Shown: positions 48,173 to 57,803 of the stretch, piece after piece
Position numbering within the stretch: position 1 is the stretch's first letter
Layout: every line of letters starts with the position of its first letter
Source of the DNA: Vulcanimicrobiota bacterium
Lineage (GTDB): Bacteria; Vulcanimicrobiota; Xenobia; Xenobiales; JADMJV01
Reading direction: 5' to 3'
NCBI GenBank assembly: GCA_050250895.1
Contig: JBFWNU010000001.1
Location: 1,576,008-1,640,007, forward strand
DNA length: 64,000 nucleotides
Position numbers and translations under genes: made by a program
The notes under the pieces: generated by a model
The model's database searches: none
What the model saw: only the letters and a program-made list of their open reading frames with translations
Told to the model about the DNA's origin: nothing

Positions 48173-51100
48173 GGTCGAGCTTCTGCTCGCCTTTCAGGTT
48201 CTCAAACAGCACCCGGTACCGGACCCGCCCGTCTTCACAGGGCTCTTGTTTGATGCTGAAGGGTGGAGTGCCGGGGGCTGCCTGGGGAATGGCTCCCGCC
48301 GGCAGGGGTGGAGTCACCAGATGGACGTTGGGAATCGTGTCGAATTGCCCGCTGATGCTGGCCTGATAGTGGTCACCCTGGTACTGGTGGCGGACGGCCC
48401 AGCGATCGCCGCTACCCGGGTCAGCAAACTCGAGATCTACGGGTTGGCCGCGTAAGCACTCGGGGATATTGGGGATGATGTCCATGCGAGTGGGCGTGGC
48501 CGGATCGCGATGCAGGCGAACGCCCCCTACCACTTCGACCATCGCCCACGGGACCGAAGCATTGGTCCAGCCAAAGCCGGGTCCTTCGCCCTGGGTCTCC
48601 TCATAGCGGCCTTTCTGGATCGGCGGATGATCGCCTTTGACCACGTCATAGCGTTCCAGGATCAGGCCGTCACGTTCGTGGACCCGAGCGATGGTGTCCA
48701 GCCACTTGGCGGTATGGCGGGCCGCCTCTTCGTGGCGACCGTAGCGAACTTCGCTTTCGATGGCCATCATGTGCAGGGGAGCCCAGCCGCTGGGGCCATT
48801 CCACTGCATCTCGGGATGACCGTAGTCTTCGGCCGTGGCCGCCAGTCCGTGTTCTTTTTCAAAGCGGGCTATCTTGTCGAGGCTGCGCTCGATCATCCTT
48901 TTCTCTTCGGGCACAGTGGGGTCGAGCATCCCGACCCAGAGCGGGGCCACCACGGCCGAGAGGGCGTCTTCTTCTTTGGCCAGCCCTTTGGGCTCGCCCT
49001 CGAAGCGATAATCGCGGAACATGCCGTCTTCTTCGTCCCAGCAGTAGCGAATCACATCGGCCTTGATGCGAGACGACTCGGTTTGCCAGTAAGACGCCTC
49101 GCTGCTATAACGCAACACCTCGACGTGATTGCCAGATTTTTGGGCCTGGTCGCGAAGGCGCAGGGCAATCACTTCCATGTCCCTGGCGTAGCCCCACAAA
49201 AAGGCGTTCAGGTCGGGTGGCACGAGGTCCTTGGTCTTGTCGTTGAAGCGAGAGGTCGTGTCAAAACCAGACTCGTCCATGGCGAACTTGTGGTTGGGGC
49301 CGCCCCAACGCGACAGGGCCGTAGGTTGGCCATTGATCTCGCCCACCGCGCGCCCGCCCTCCTCGCGCCAGAAGTCGCGAAAATCGCCAGCCATCACCTC
49401 GTAGGCTTCTTTCACCCAGCGCTGGGTCTGGGCGGCTCCGAACTGGCGGGTGCGAATGGGCTCGGACATGCGCACCAGCGACGGCAGGAAGGGTGGCTGG
49501 GACTTGTTGAGATAGACCGAGCGAGCGGCATTGGGCACGCGGCCTGTGCTCTTGAGCAGGTAGAGAAGGTTGTCGGTCATCGAGGCAACGAGCGACTCTT
49601 GACCTTGAAGCTGCATGCCTTTGGCCATGAACATCGTGTCCCAGTTGAACTGGGTCTTGAAGATGCCGACGCTGGGAACGGCGGCCGGATTGAAGTACTG
49701 AACAGCCGTGTCGTGGGCAGTGACCGAAGGCTCGATGGTCAAGGCGGGCCAGTTGTCTGAGATGGTGCCGTAAAGCTTGGTCCAGCCCGGCCTTCCGGCG
49801 TAGCCTCCCACGGTCGAAGCCGGACCGAGCGGACTGCTGACCCACTCGCGGTTGACGTGATAAAACTGTTCGAGCTGCGGATTCTCGCCGGCCGTGTAAA
49901 AGCTGGCGATGATGTCCCGAGGCAATTTGACCTGGCCATCTTCGAACAGGTCCAGGGCATAGGCCCGGTCGCCGACAATCACCTGATCCTTGCTGGTGGT
50001 GACAAAAAGACGGGCGCCGCCGCTTTCGACCACGAAGGCTCCGGGAGCCACCTCGGCCATTTGTGCCCCTTTGAGGCCGAGGTCGATGGTCGCCTGCCCG
50101 AGCTTGAGAGGCCCTTCCAGGGGACGCGCCTCGAGGGGCGACGGTGCCTCGAGGCCGGCTTTCTGGTCGGCGAAGCCAAGCCCGAAAACCCGCCCGAGCA
50201 GACCCCGTTGCTTGAGGTCTCGCACCAGGGCGGGCTTGAACATGCTCTGGTGCATCTGGCTGAGACGGCGGTCGATGCGGCCCACCTGGCTGATGGCCAC
50301 CTGGGGTGTGCCCTCGCCCCCTGACAGGGCAAACAGTTGCCGAAGACGATGCATGCCCTGAGGGCTACACCAGTCTTCGAGCCCCTCGTCGGCCCGATCC
50401 CATCGGTCGTTCGCCAGCAACGCCTGAGTGGCGAGGCCTCGGCTGCTGGTGTCGGGGCGGGCCTGGCTAGCCCAGCCAACGACCTGATCAGCGGCCGAGT
50501 TGGCTCCCAGCCGTTCGAGTTCGCGCCCCAGTAGCAGCAGGTCGGCGGGGTCGGCCGGGGTGTTGCCTTTGAGTTCCCAGCGACCGGCGAATTCGGGCAG
50601 TTGCTCGAGCATTCGTTTCTGCATGCCGGCTTCGACTGGGATGTTGGGGTCGAGCAACCCGGCTTCAAGAACCGTGAAGGCAGCCATGGTCTTGACCTCG
50701 GAGCGTTGGCCTGACGGCAGGTTGAGGTCGAAGAAGAAGCCCTTGTGATCGTCCCACATCGTGGAGAAGATTTTCTCTTTGCGCTGGGCGGCTCGGGCCT
50801 CCCACTGGTCGGCTTCTTCACCTTTGCCCAAGCGTCGCGCCATCTCGGCCAGGTCTTTCTCGGTGCGAAAGAGATCGGCGTTGAGGTCGATGGGACAGAA
50901 CTTTTGCGGATCGCCCGCAAAGCGCACCTCGTTTTTGGCTCCGCCCGCTTCTTCGAGGGTGGCGTCGTGGGAGTAGTCGACATCGCAATAGCGGTTGAGC
51001 CCGTTGGACAGCTGCTTGAAGTAGGTGTCGCTCCAGTTATGCTTGTGGTCGTCAGCGATCACCCGGTAGGCTCGGGCTAGAAATTCGGGGTCTTCATGAC

Positions 51101-51689
51101 GCTTGGCCTCTTCGAGCAGTAGCCGTGAGAGCTTGGGGGGAGCCGATCGTCCCAACGAGGCGAGATCGGTCGAGCCCGGCAGCGCGGTATAGCGCTCGCC
51201 CAGGGCCAGCCAGTTCTCCAGGCAGCCACGTGCCTCGGCGTCGGCGCCCATGGCTCGCAGCCCCCGGACCAACACTTCTGCATCGTTGAGTTCGAGGCGG
51301 CCCCTCGCGTCGGCAGGGTAAGGAAAGGGAAGGTTGACCTGGTTTTGGGAGTAGTCGGCCTGGTAGGTCCACACTCTGGACCAGGCCTCGCGCTGTTCGC
51401 CGCTTTCGAACAGCGACAAGAACTTGGCTTTGTGGACGGCCGCAGGGTCGCCCAGGGCAGGTAGGCTGGGGACCTTCATCTGGCGCTCGTGACCGGCCAG
51501 GACGGTGGTGGGGGCTGAGACGGAGGTGGCCTCGCGAACTTCGGCGGCGGGCCTCGCAGCCGCGTCGCCCTCGGTGAAGCTGGATTCTCGGACGATCGGC
51601 GTCTGGCCAGTGATCCTCTCGTCACGAGGATCGTTCGTGGGCGTCGGAGTCGACGGTTGATAGCACTCATGCCCCATAAAGAACTGCAT
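48162..51689 (-). CDS. Trehalase-family (GH37) protein with two tandem domains
   Basis: C-terminal domain FNWDT, SQPPFL, ESGFDTTSRF, DLNAFL, GWAPL, GFGWTN; N-terminal degenerate copy RSAPP, GLNRY, PIDLNA. Start uncertain (possibly CTG 51716). Confidence 0.85.
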   Translation of the reverse strand: MQFFMGHECYQPSTPTPTNDPRDERITGQTPIVRESSFTEGDAAARPAAEVREATSVSAPTTVLAGHERQMKVPSLPALGDPAAVHKAKFLSLFESGEQREAWSRVWTYQADYSQNQVNLPFPYPADARGRLELNDAEVLVRGLRAMGADAEARGCLENWLALGERYTALPGSTDLASLGRSAPPKLSRLLLEEAKRHEDPEFLARAYRVIADDHKHNWSDTYFKQLSNGLNRYCDVDYSHDATLEEAGGAKNEVRFAGDPQKFCPIDLNADLFRTEKDLAEMARRLGKGEEADQWEARAAQRKEKIFSTMWDDHKGFFFDLNLPSGQRSEVKTMAAFTVLEAGLLDPNIPVEAGMQKRMLEQLPEFAGRWELKGNTPADPADLLLLGRELERLGANSAADQVVGWASQARPDTSSRGLATQALLANDRWDRADEGLEDWCSPQGMHRLRQLFALSGGEGTPQVAISQVGRIDRRLSQMHQSMFKPALVRDLKQRGLLGRVFGLGFADQKAGLEAPSPLEARPLEGPLKLGQATIDLGLKGAQMAEVAPGAFVVESGGARLFVTTSKDQVIVGDRAYALDLFEDGQVKLPRDIIASFYTAGENPQLEQFYHVNREWVSSPLGPASTVGGYAGRPGWTKLYGTISDNWPALTIEPSVTAHDTAVQYFNPAAVPSVGIFKTQFNWDTMFMAKGMQLQGQESLVASMTDNLLYLLKSTGRVPNAARSVYLNKSQPPFLPSLVRMSEPIRTRQFGAAQTQRWVKEAYEVMAGDFRDFWREEGGRAVGEINGQPTALSRWGGPNHKFAMDESGFDTTSRFNDKTKDLVPPDLNAFLWGYARDMEVIALRLRDQAQKSGNHVEVLRYSSEASYWQTESSRIKADVIRYCWDEEDGMFRDYRFEGEPKGLAKEEDALSAVVAPLWVGMLDPTVPEEKRMIERSLDKIARFEKEHGLAATAEDYGHPEMQWNGPSGWAPLHMMAIESEVRYGRHEEAARHTAKWLDTIARVHERDGLILERYDVVKGDHPPIQKGRYEETQGEGPGFGWTNASVPWAMVEVVGGVRLHRDPATPTRMDIIPNIPECLRGQPVDLEFADPGSGDRWAVRHQYQGDHYQASISGQFDTIPNVHLVTPPLPAGAIPQAAPGTPPFSIKQEPCEDGRVRYRVLFENLKGEQKLDLRF

Positions 51690-51803
51690 GGGCGCCGTTT
51701 CAGGGCGAATGATCAGCTTCTCTACCTCCCTCCTATTACTTGTTCAATGACACTGTGGAATCCTTCGGAAGGCTTCAATTCGCGGCGGCAGAATGAAAGG
51801 CCG

Positions 51804-52232
51804 ATGCCAGAGACGATTTCACACCCCGATGGCCTCTTCGAGTTGCGCCTGCCGTCGGATTGGCAATGGATAGCCGATGAGGGCGGAGGCGCGGCCGTGA
51901 GTCGTCACCCTCCGGGCGTGTTGCACCTCTCGGCCGAGGCCGTCGATGACCCGGCCGATTTCCCCAATCTGTCGCGAATGCTGGCCGGTTTCTTGACTCG
52001 GACCGGTCGTGCCGTAGCCACGGATGACCTGCTGCGGGTGCCCCTGACGGGAGCAGAGGGCTTCTCGTGGCAGTACATCGAGGACGAGAGTCGAGCCTGG
52101 CGAGTTTGGATCTTCGGCAATCGCGCCGCCTGGGTGTTTGCCAGCTTCAATTGTGCGCTGGAGGATGCTCCGGCCCATCAACACGCCGTGGATGGCCTGG
52201 TTCACAGTCTGCGATTGGTCGGACCCGGGTGA
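51804..52232 (+). CDS. Hypothetical protein (PsbP/DcrB-like fold possible)
   Basis: FELRLPSDW N-terminus and LVHSLRL C-terminus; overlaps the modB start. Confidence 0.7.
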   Translation: MPETISHPDGLFELRLPSDWQWIADEGGGAAVSRHPPGVLHLSAEAVDDPADFPNLSRMLAGFLTRTGRAVATDDLLRVPLTGAEGFSWQYIEDESRAWRVWIFGNRAAWVFASFNCALEDAPAHQHAVDGLVHSLRLVGPG

Positions 52233-52882
52233 CTCCCGAGGAGTTTCAGGTGGTTCGGCTCTCGCTGTGGGTGGCCGCCTGGGCGGCCTGTCTGGTGCTG
52301 CCCGTGGCCGTCGTAGTCGGTCTCTTTTTGAGCGGCCCGCGGCGCAGCGGTCAGGCCACTCTCGAGACCGTGGTGATGCTGCCGCTCGTATTGCCGCCGG
52401 TGGCCACCGGCTATTTCTTGCTGGTGCTGTTTAGTCCCAACGGCTGGCTCGGTGGTCGTTTGAGCGCTTTGGGTCTCTCGGTCGTGCTGGACTGGAAAGG
52501 AGCGGTGCTGGCTGCCACTTTGGTGGCTTTGCCGCTGGCGGTTCAGGTCGTCAAAGTGGCTCTCGGTCAGGTCGGTCGCGAGTGGCAAGAGGTCGCCGAA
52601 GTGCTGGGGGCCACTCCAGGTCTGGTTTTCTGGACCGTCACCTTACCGCTGGCCCGACGCGGGTTGGTGGCCGCCTGGGTGCTGGCCTTCGCGCGCGCCC
52701 TGGGAGAGTTCGGCGCCACCATTCTGGTGGCCGGCAACATCCCGGGCGCCACCCAGACCCTGCCTTCGGCTCTGTTCTCGGCCATCGAAACAGGCCACGA
52801 CCAGGCGGCCTTGCGCCTGGTCGTGCTGGCTTGCTTTATCGCGATGGGGGCGCTGTTGGTGGTGCGCCGGATGACCCGTTAG
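52229..52882 (+). CDS. modB: Molybdate ABC transporter permease
   Basis: LPLVLPPVATG, FARALGEFGAT, GNIPGATQTLP. Confidence 0.93.
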   Translation: MTPEEFQVVRLSLWVAAWAACLVLPVAVVVGLFLSGPRRSGQATLETVVMLPLVLPPVATGYFLLVLFSPNGWLGGRLSALGLSVVLDWKGAVLAATLVALPLAVQVVKVALGQVGREWQEVAEVLGATPGLVFWTVTLPLARRGLVAAWVLAFARALGEFGATILVAGNIPGATQTLPSALFSAIETGHDQAALRLVVLACFIAMGALLVVRRMTR

Positions 52883-53589
52883 CGGTCCAGTTTGCGGTGC
52901 ACCGCCCACAGGCCCATCAGATTAAAAAGGACCAGCAAGTAGAGGGGGGCCAGCAAGCTGTTACCGGCGGGAGTCACAGTCGCTTCGCCCGCGGGGGCGG
53001 GGGCGGGGGTGGGATCCTCGGCGACCGGCTTGGGAGCGCTCGGGGCCTTTTTTTGGAACGAGAGCGAGATTTCGGCCCAGCGACCGTTCTCACGATAGCT
53101 CTCCAAGTTGCTTTCATAACTGCGCACGCGATCGCGCACATACGATTGATACTCGCTTTCGACCATCAAGCGCTGCTGTTCGGGCAGCTGGGCAAAGAGC
53201 GAGTCGGTCTTGAGCTTGGCCATGGCTCGGAAGGCTTCGAGGTGCTGGCTGGCGTCGCGATAAGAACTGGTGTTGTCGCTGGTATAGACATTTTGCGCCT
53301 CGATCTGGCCGAGGCTGGCCAGTTCTTTCAGGAACCCCTCGACCCGGCCCGGAGGCAGCTTGATATTGGCGCTTCCACTGGCTGATTCGTTGCTGAGATT
53401 GAGGTTCTGGAGATCGGCTTCGTGCTGGCGGGCCAGCGCCTGCAGGCGGGTGGCAGTATCGTTGAAGTCCTGAGTGCTCAAGGTCAGGTTGACGCGAACC
53501 TGTTTGAGGTTGGGCTCTATCTGTTTTGCCCAGGTGGCGGTGGTGGCGGTGAGCAGGATAGCCGCGATGGCCAGTAAGTGAGATTTCAT
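52879..53589 (-). CDS. DUF4349-like protein (signal peptide, C-terminal TM)
   Basis: Signal peptide; IKLPPGRVEGFLKELASLG; coiled coil; TM tail. Confidence 0.7.
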   Translation of the reverse strand: MKSHLLAIAAILLTATTATWAKQIEPNLKQVRVNLTLSTQDFNDTATRLQALARQHEADLQNLNLSNESASGSANIKLPPGRVEGFLKELASLGQIEAQNVYTSDNTSSYRDASQHLEAFRAMAKLKTDSLFAQLPEQQRLMVESEYQSYVRDRVRSYESNLESYRENGRWAEISLSFQKKAPSAPKPVAEDPTPAPAPAGEATVTPAGNSLLAPLYLLVLFNLMGLWAVHRKLDR

Positions 53590-53648
53590 GGACCCTCCCG
53601 AAAAGCGTTATTCAGGAGATGTCGCGAGTTGGTGGCAAATCTTCCGAG

Positions 53649-53679
53649 AAAAAAAAGGACCCACAATTCAAGGTGGGTC
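53649..53679 (-). terminator. Terminator of the 64-aa gene
   Basis: GACCCAC-loop-GTGGGTC then C and T8 on the minus strand, overlapping the stop codon. Confidence 0.8.
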
Positions 53680-53872
53680 ACGCGGGAGTTTTTGTCTGCT
53701 CGACGAGCGCCGAAGCCGCCTCGTTCGCCCGGTTGTAGAATCCGCCGTCAGAGGCGATCCAGCCGGTTTCTTGAGGCGAGAAGACGTGTCGAATACGTCC
53801 GATCGGCCTTCCGTCAGCGAGACAGACTTCCCAGAGTCTGGGTCGAACGCGGTGATAATGGTAATTGCCCAC
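53678..53872 (-). CDS. 64-aa orphan protein (MGNYHYHRVRPRLWEV...AASALVEQTKTPA)
   Basis: GTG start 7 nt after GGAGG; consensus promoter upstream and terminator downstream. Confidence 0.75.
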   Translation of the reverse strand: MGNYHYHRVRPRLWEVCLADGRPIGRIRHVFSPQETGWIASDGGFYNRANEAASALVEQTKTPA

Positions 53873-53901
53873 AGGTCTGCCTCCAATCTGAAGATACAAC
53901 C

Positions 53902-53980
53902 ATTATATCACAAGAAATATTGGATTGTCAAATAGTAAAGGGTCGATAGACTTGAAAAACCAATATCGCCATGGTAATCT
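53902..53980. promoter_or_regulatory. Back-to-back sigma70 promoters sharing a CCAATAT operator-like heptamer
   Basis: Minus: TTGACA (53931-53926)-18-TATAAT (53907-53902). Plus: TTGAAA (53952-53957)-17-TAATCT (53975-53980). CCAATAT lies 2 nt after each -35. Confidence 0.75.
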
Positions 53981-54000
53981 CATACCATTCAGGAGGTGTG

Positions 54001-54429
54001 ATGGCCAAGTCCAGTGGCATTTTTCTAAACCTTTCCGAAGACGTCATCGAGTTGATAGACGAACGATGTGGTGGCCCGAGCTATAGGCCGGGCGAGAAGC
54101 GCCCGGGTCGCAGCGGCGGGCGCGCCGCCTGGGTGCGCGAGTTGATTCACCGAGAACTCGGTTTGGCTCCGCCCATCGACCCTCATCTAGAGAAGAGCCG
54201 CCAGCTCGAACGACGCCTGCAAGAACGCCGCAACAAGCGCGGACGACACGTTCCGGCCCTGGCCTGGGCCAAGACGGTCGAGCGGGTCATCGACCTGCGC
54301 GACCGCGGCAAGAGTCTGCGCGAGATCGCCTCGGCCCTCGAAGATGAGGGCATCGAGACCAAGCGCGGCGGACGCTGGTCGGCCCAAACGGTGCGCAACA
54401 TTTTGCTCGAGCAGGCCGGGGCCGACTGA
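54001..54429 (+). CDS. DNA-binding protein: RHH-like N-terminus plus serine-recombinase-type DNA-binding domain, no catalytic domain
   Basis: IFLNLSEDVIELID...RAAWVRELI; GKSLREIASALEDEGIETKRGGRWSAQTVRNIL; SD AGGAGG. Confidence 0.75.
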   Translation: MAKSSGIFLNLSEDVIELIDERCGGPSYRPGEKRPGRSGGRAAWVRELIHRELGLAPPIDPHLEKSRQLERRLQERRNKRGRHVPALAWAKTVERVIDLRDRGKSLREIASALEDEGIETKRGGRWSAQTVRNILLEQAGAD

Positions 54430-54493
54430 CCTTTCGCTAATCTCGGAGCCTGGCAAAACAGGCAAGCGGGTGACCAGAACCGAACTCGCCGGC

Positions 54494-55771
54494 ATGCGAA
54501 GAATGCTTGTCTGGCTGCTGTTGATGCTTTCGGCGGCCGCCTGGGCCCAGCCCGATCCTCTCCCCGAACCCGAGCGGGAGGCGGTCTGGCTCTATCGCGA
54601 AGCGCGAAAGTTGCATCAGGACGGCAGCCTCGAGCGGGCCGTGCAGATCTATCGCAGGGCCCTGGAGAAAGATCCGGGACGTCTAGAGTATCGCCCCTAT
54701 TTGGGTCTGGCTCTCGATCAATCAGGCCAACCCGAGGCAGCCCTCGAGCAGTATGACACCTATCTTCGCCTCGAGCCCGGTGACAATACCGTGCGCCTCA
54801 ACCGGTCGGCGGCCCTATTGCATGCCGGTCGTCTCGACGAGAGTTGGGAAGAACTCGAGGCTCTCAAAGTGTTGCTGCCCGGCAGCGCCACCCTGTACAA
54901 CCTCAGAGGGGTGGTCCAGCTTCGCCAGAACCACCCCAACCAGGCGGCCGCGGAGTTCACCAGCGCGCTGGCTGTCGACCCATCCGACCGCGAGGCCAAA
55001 GCCAATCTGGCCGTAGCCTATCTGAGGGCCAACGAATTATCGAAAGCGGCCGCCCAGCTCGAGAGCTTGCTGGCCGAGCAGCCGAACGACCCCACCGCCG
55101 CGAACAACCAGGCAATTCTGCTGGCTCGCACCGAAAAATCGCTCGAGGCTCGCAAGCTGCTCGAGCGCCTCGCCAAAGACACTTCTCGGGTCGAGCTGTG
55201 GCTGAATCTGGCCACCCTGCTGGCTCAGGCCGGCCAGGACCGGGCCGCTCTTTTGACGGTATCCGAGTTGTTGGATCGCGCCCCGGACTCGCCCGACGGC
55301 AAGCTTCTCTATGCCCGTCTGCTTTATCGCCAGGGCGAACACAAACGGGCTGAGCAGGCGCTCGAAGAGTTGCCCGAAGACTGGGCCGATCGTCCCCTGG
55401 TCCAGACTTATCGGGGGCTGGTTTGGCTCAAACTAGGAAACCTCGAACAAGCCCGCACTCAACTCGAGCGGGCGGCCGTGGCCTTGCCCGAGGACTGGGC
55501 TGTCCATCACAACCTGTCAGTGGCTCTAGGCCGCTTAGGAGAGTTGGAAGAGGCTGTTCGCGAGGCCCAGTCGGCCCTGGCCCGGGCGCCGCACGAGCCG
55601 GCTCTGGTCTACCATTTGGCCGTTCTCTATGACCGTCAGGCCCGCCCCCTCAAGGCTATCGACGCCTATCAGGAATATCTCGAATTGGTGCCCGACGATC
55701 CCGGCAAAGAGGGCCTGCTCGAACACATCCGCGAGCTGAAAGCCTACGCCGCTGGCCGCAAGCCCGAGTGA
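54494..55771 (+). CDS. Secreted TPR-repeat protein
   Basis: Signal peptide MRRMLVWLLLMLSAAAWA; many TPR units. Confidence 0.88.
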   Translation: MRRMLVWLLLMLSAAAWAQPDPLPEPEREAVWLYREARKLHQDGSLERAVQIYRRALEKDPGRLEYRPYLGLALDQSGQPEAALEQYDTYLRLEPGDNTVRLNRSAALLHAGRLDESWEELEALKVLLPGSATLYNLRGVVQLRQNHPNQAAAEFTSALAVDPSDREAKANLAVAYLRANELSKAAAQLESLLAEQPNDPTAANNQAILLARTEKSLEARKLLERLAKDTSRVELWLNLATLLAQAGQDRAALLTVSELLDRAPDSPDGKLLYARLLYRQGEHKRAEQALEELPEDWADRPLVQTYRGLVWLKLGNLEQARTQLERAAVALPEDWAVHHNLSVALGRLGELEEAVREAQSALARAPHEPALVYHLAVLYDRQARPLKAIDAYQEYLELVPDDPGKEGLLEHIRELKAYAAGRKPE

Positions 55772-55785
55772 AGCTGGAGAGACAC

Positions 55786-55811
55786 AAAAAGCCGTCCCGT
55801 AGACGGCTTCT
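55786..55811. terminator. Terminator between the convergent TPR gene and clpX
   Basis: AAAAAGCCGTC-CCGTA-GACGGCTT. Confidence 0.7.
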
Positions 55812-55828
55812 CGCAAAGGCAACCGAGG

Positions 55829-57100
<1,272 letters not shown>

Positions 57101-57150
57101 TCCCTAACCTCCCGCAGGGGCAGAGGGCTGGACCTGCGCTCCCAATACCC

Positions 57151-57801
57151 TCAGCGACTCTCTTTGGTGATGACTTTGTCGATTATACCATACTCGACCG
57201 CCTCTTCGGCAGTCAGGTAGTAATCTCTCTCGGTCTCTTCTTCAATCTTGGCAAGATCTCTGCCAGTGTGCTTGGCGAGAATTTCGTTCATGACCTGCCT
57301 CGTTCGAAGAATCTCTCTGGCGTGGATGTCAATATCCGTAGCCTGTCCACCAATACCCCTTACCCAGGGTTGGTGGATCAGCACACGCGAAAACGGCAGT
57401 GCGTAGCGTTTTTCTTTTGCGCCCCCGGCCAGCAAGATGGCCGCCGCGCTGGCAGCCAGGCCCATACAGATGGTCGAAACGTCGCACTTCACCAATTGCA
57501 TACAATCGTAGATAGCCAATCCCGCGGTGGTCGAGCCACCCGGACTATTGATGTAGATATCAATATCCTTATCGGGATCTTCCTGCTCTAAGAATAGTAG
57601 CTGAGCAATAATCAAATTGCTGATGACGTCGACGATGGGAGTGCCCACGAAAATGATGCGGTTGCGCAGCAACCGTGAGTAGATGTCGTAAGAACGCTCG
57701 CCGCGTGCGGTCTGCTCGACCACCATCGGGACCAGACGACTGGCCTGCTCGATACGCTCCATGGGGTCTTGTGAATAGTTATCGCGATGTCTACGAATCA
57801 A
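57151..57801 (-). CDS. clpP: Clp protease proteolytic subunit
   Basis: DIYSRLL, YINSPGG, GLAAS (Ser), IHQP (His), ERD. Confidence 0.97.
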   Translation of the reverse strand: MIRRHRDNYSQDPMERIEQASRLVPMVVEQTARGERSYDIYSRLLRNRIIFVGTPIVDVISNLIIAQLLFLEQEDPDKDIDIYINSPGGSTTAGLAIYDCMQLVKCDVSTICMGLAASAAAILLAGGAKEKRYALPFSRVLIHQPWVRGIGGQATDIDIHAREILRTRQVMNEILAKHTGRDLAKIEEETERDYYLTAEEAVEYGIIDKVITKESR

Positions 57802-57803
57802 GC

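Noticed and set aside
53588-53935. Plus-strand ORFs 53578-53949 and 53588-53935, and minus ORF 53668-53886
   Set aside because: Promoter, SD and terminator all support the 53678-53872 minus-strand ORF instead
54001-54429. Site-specific recombinase marking a mobile element
   Set aside because: No catalytic serine domain, att repeats or cargo; treated as a regulator instead
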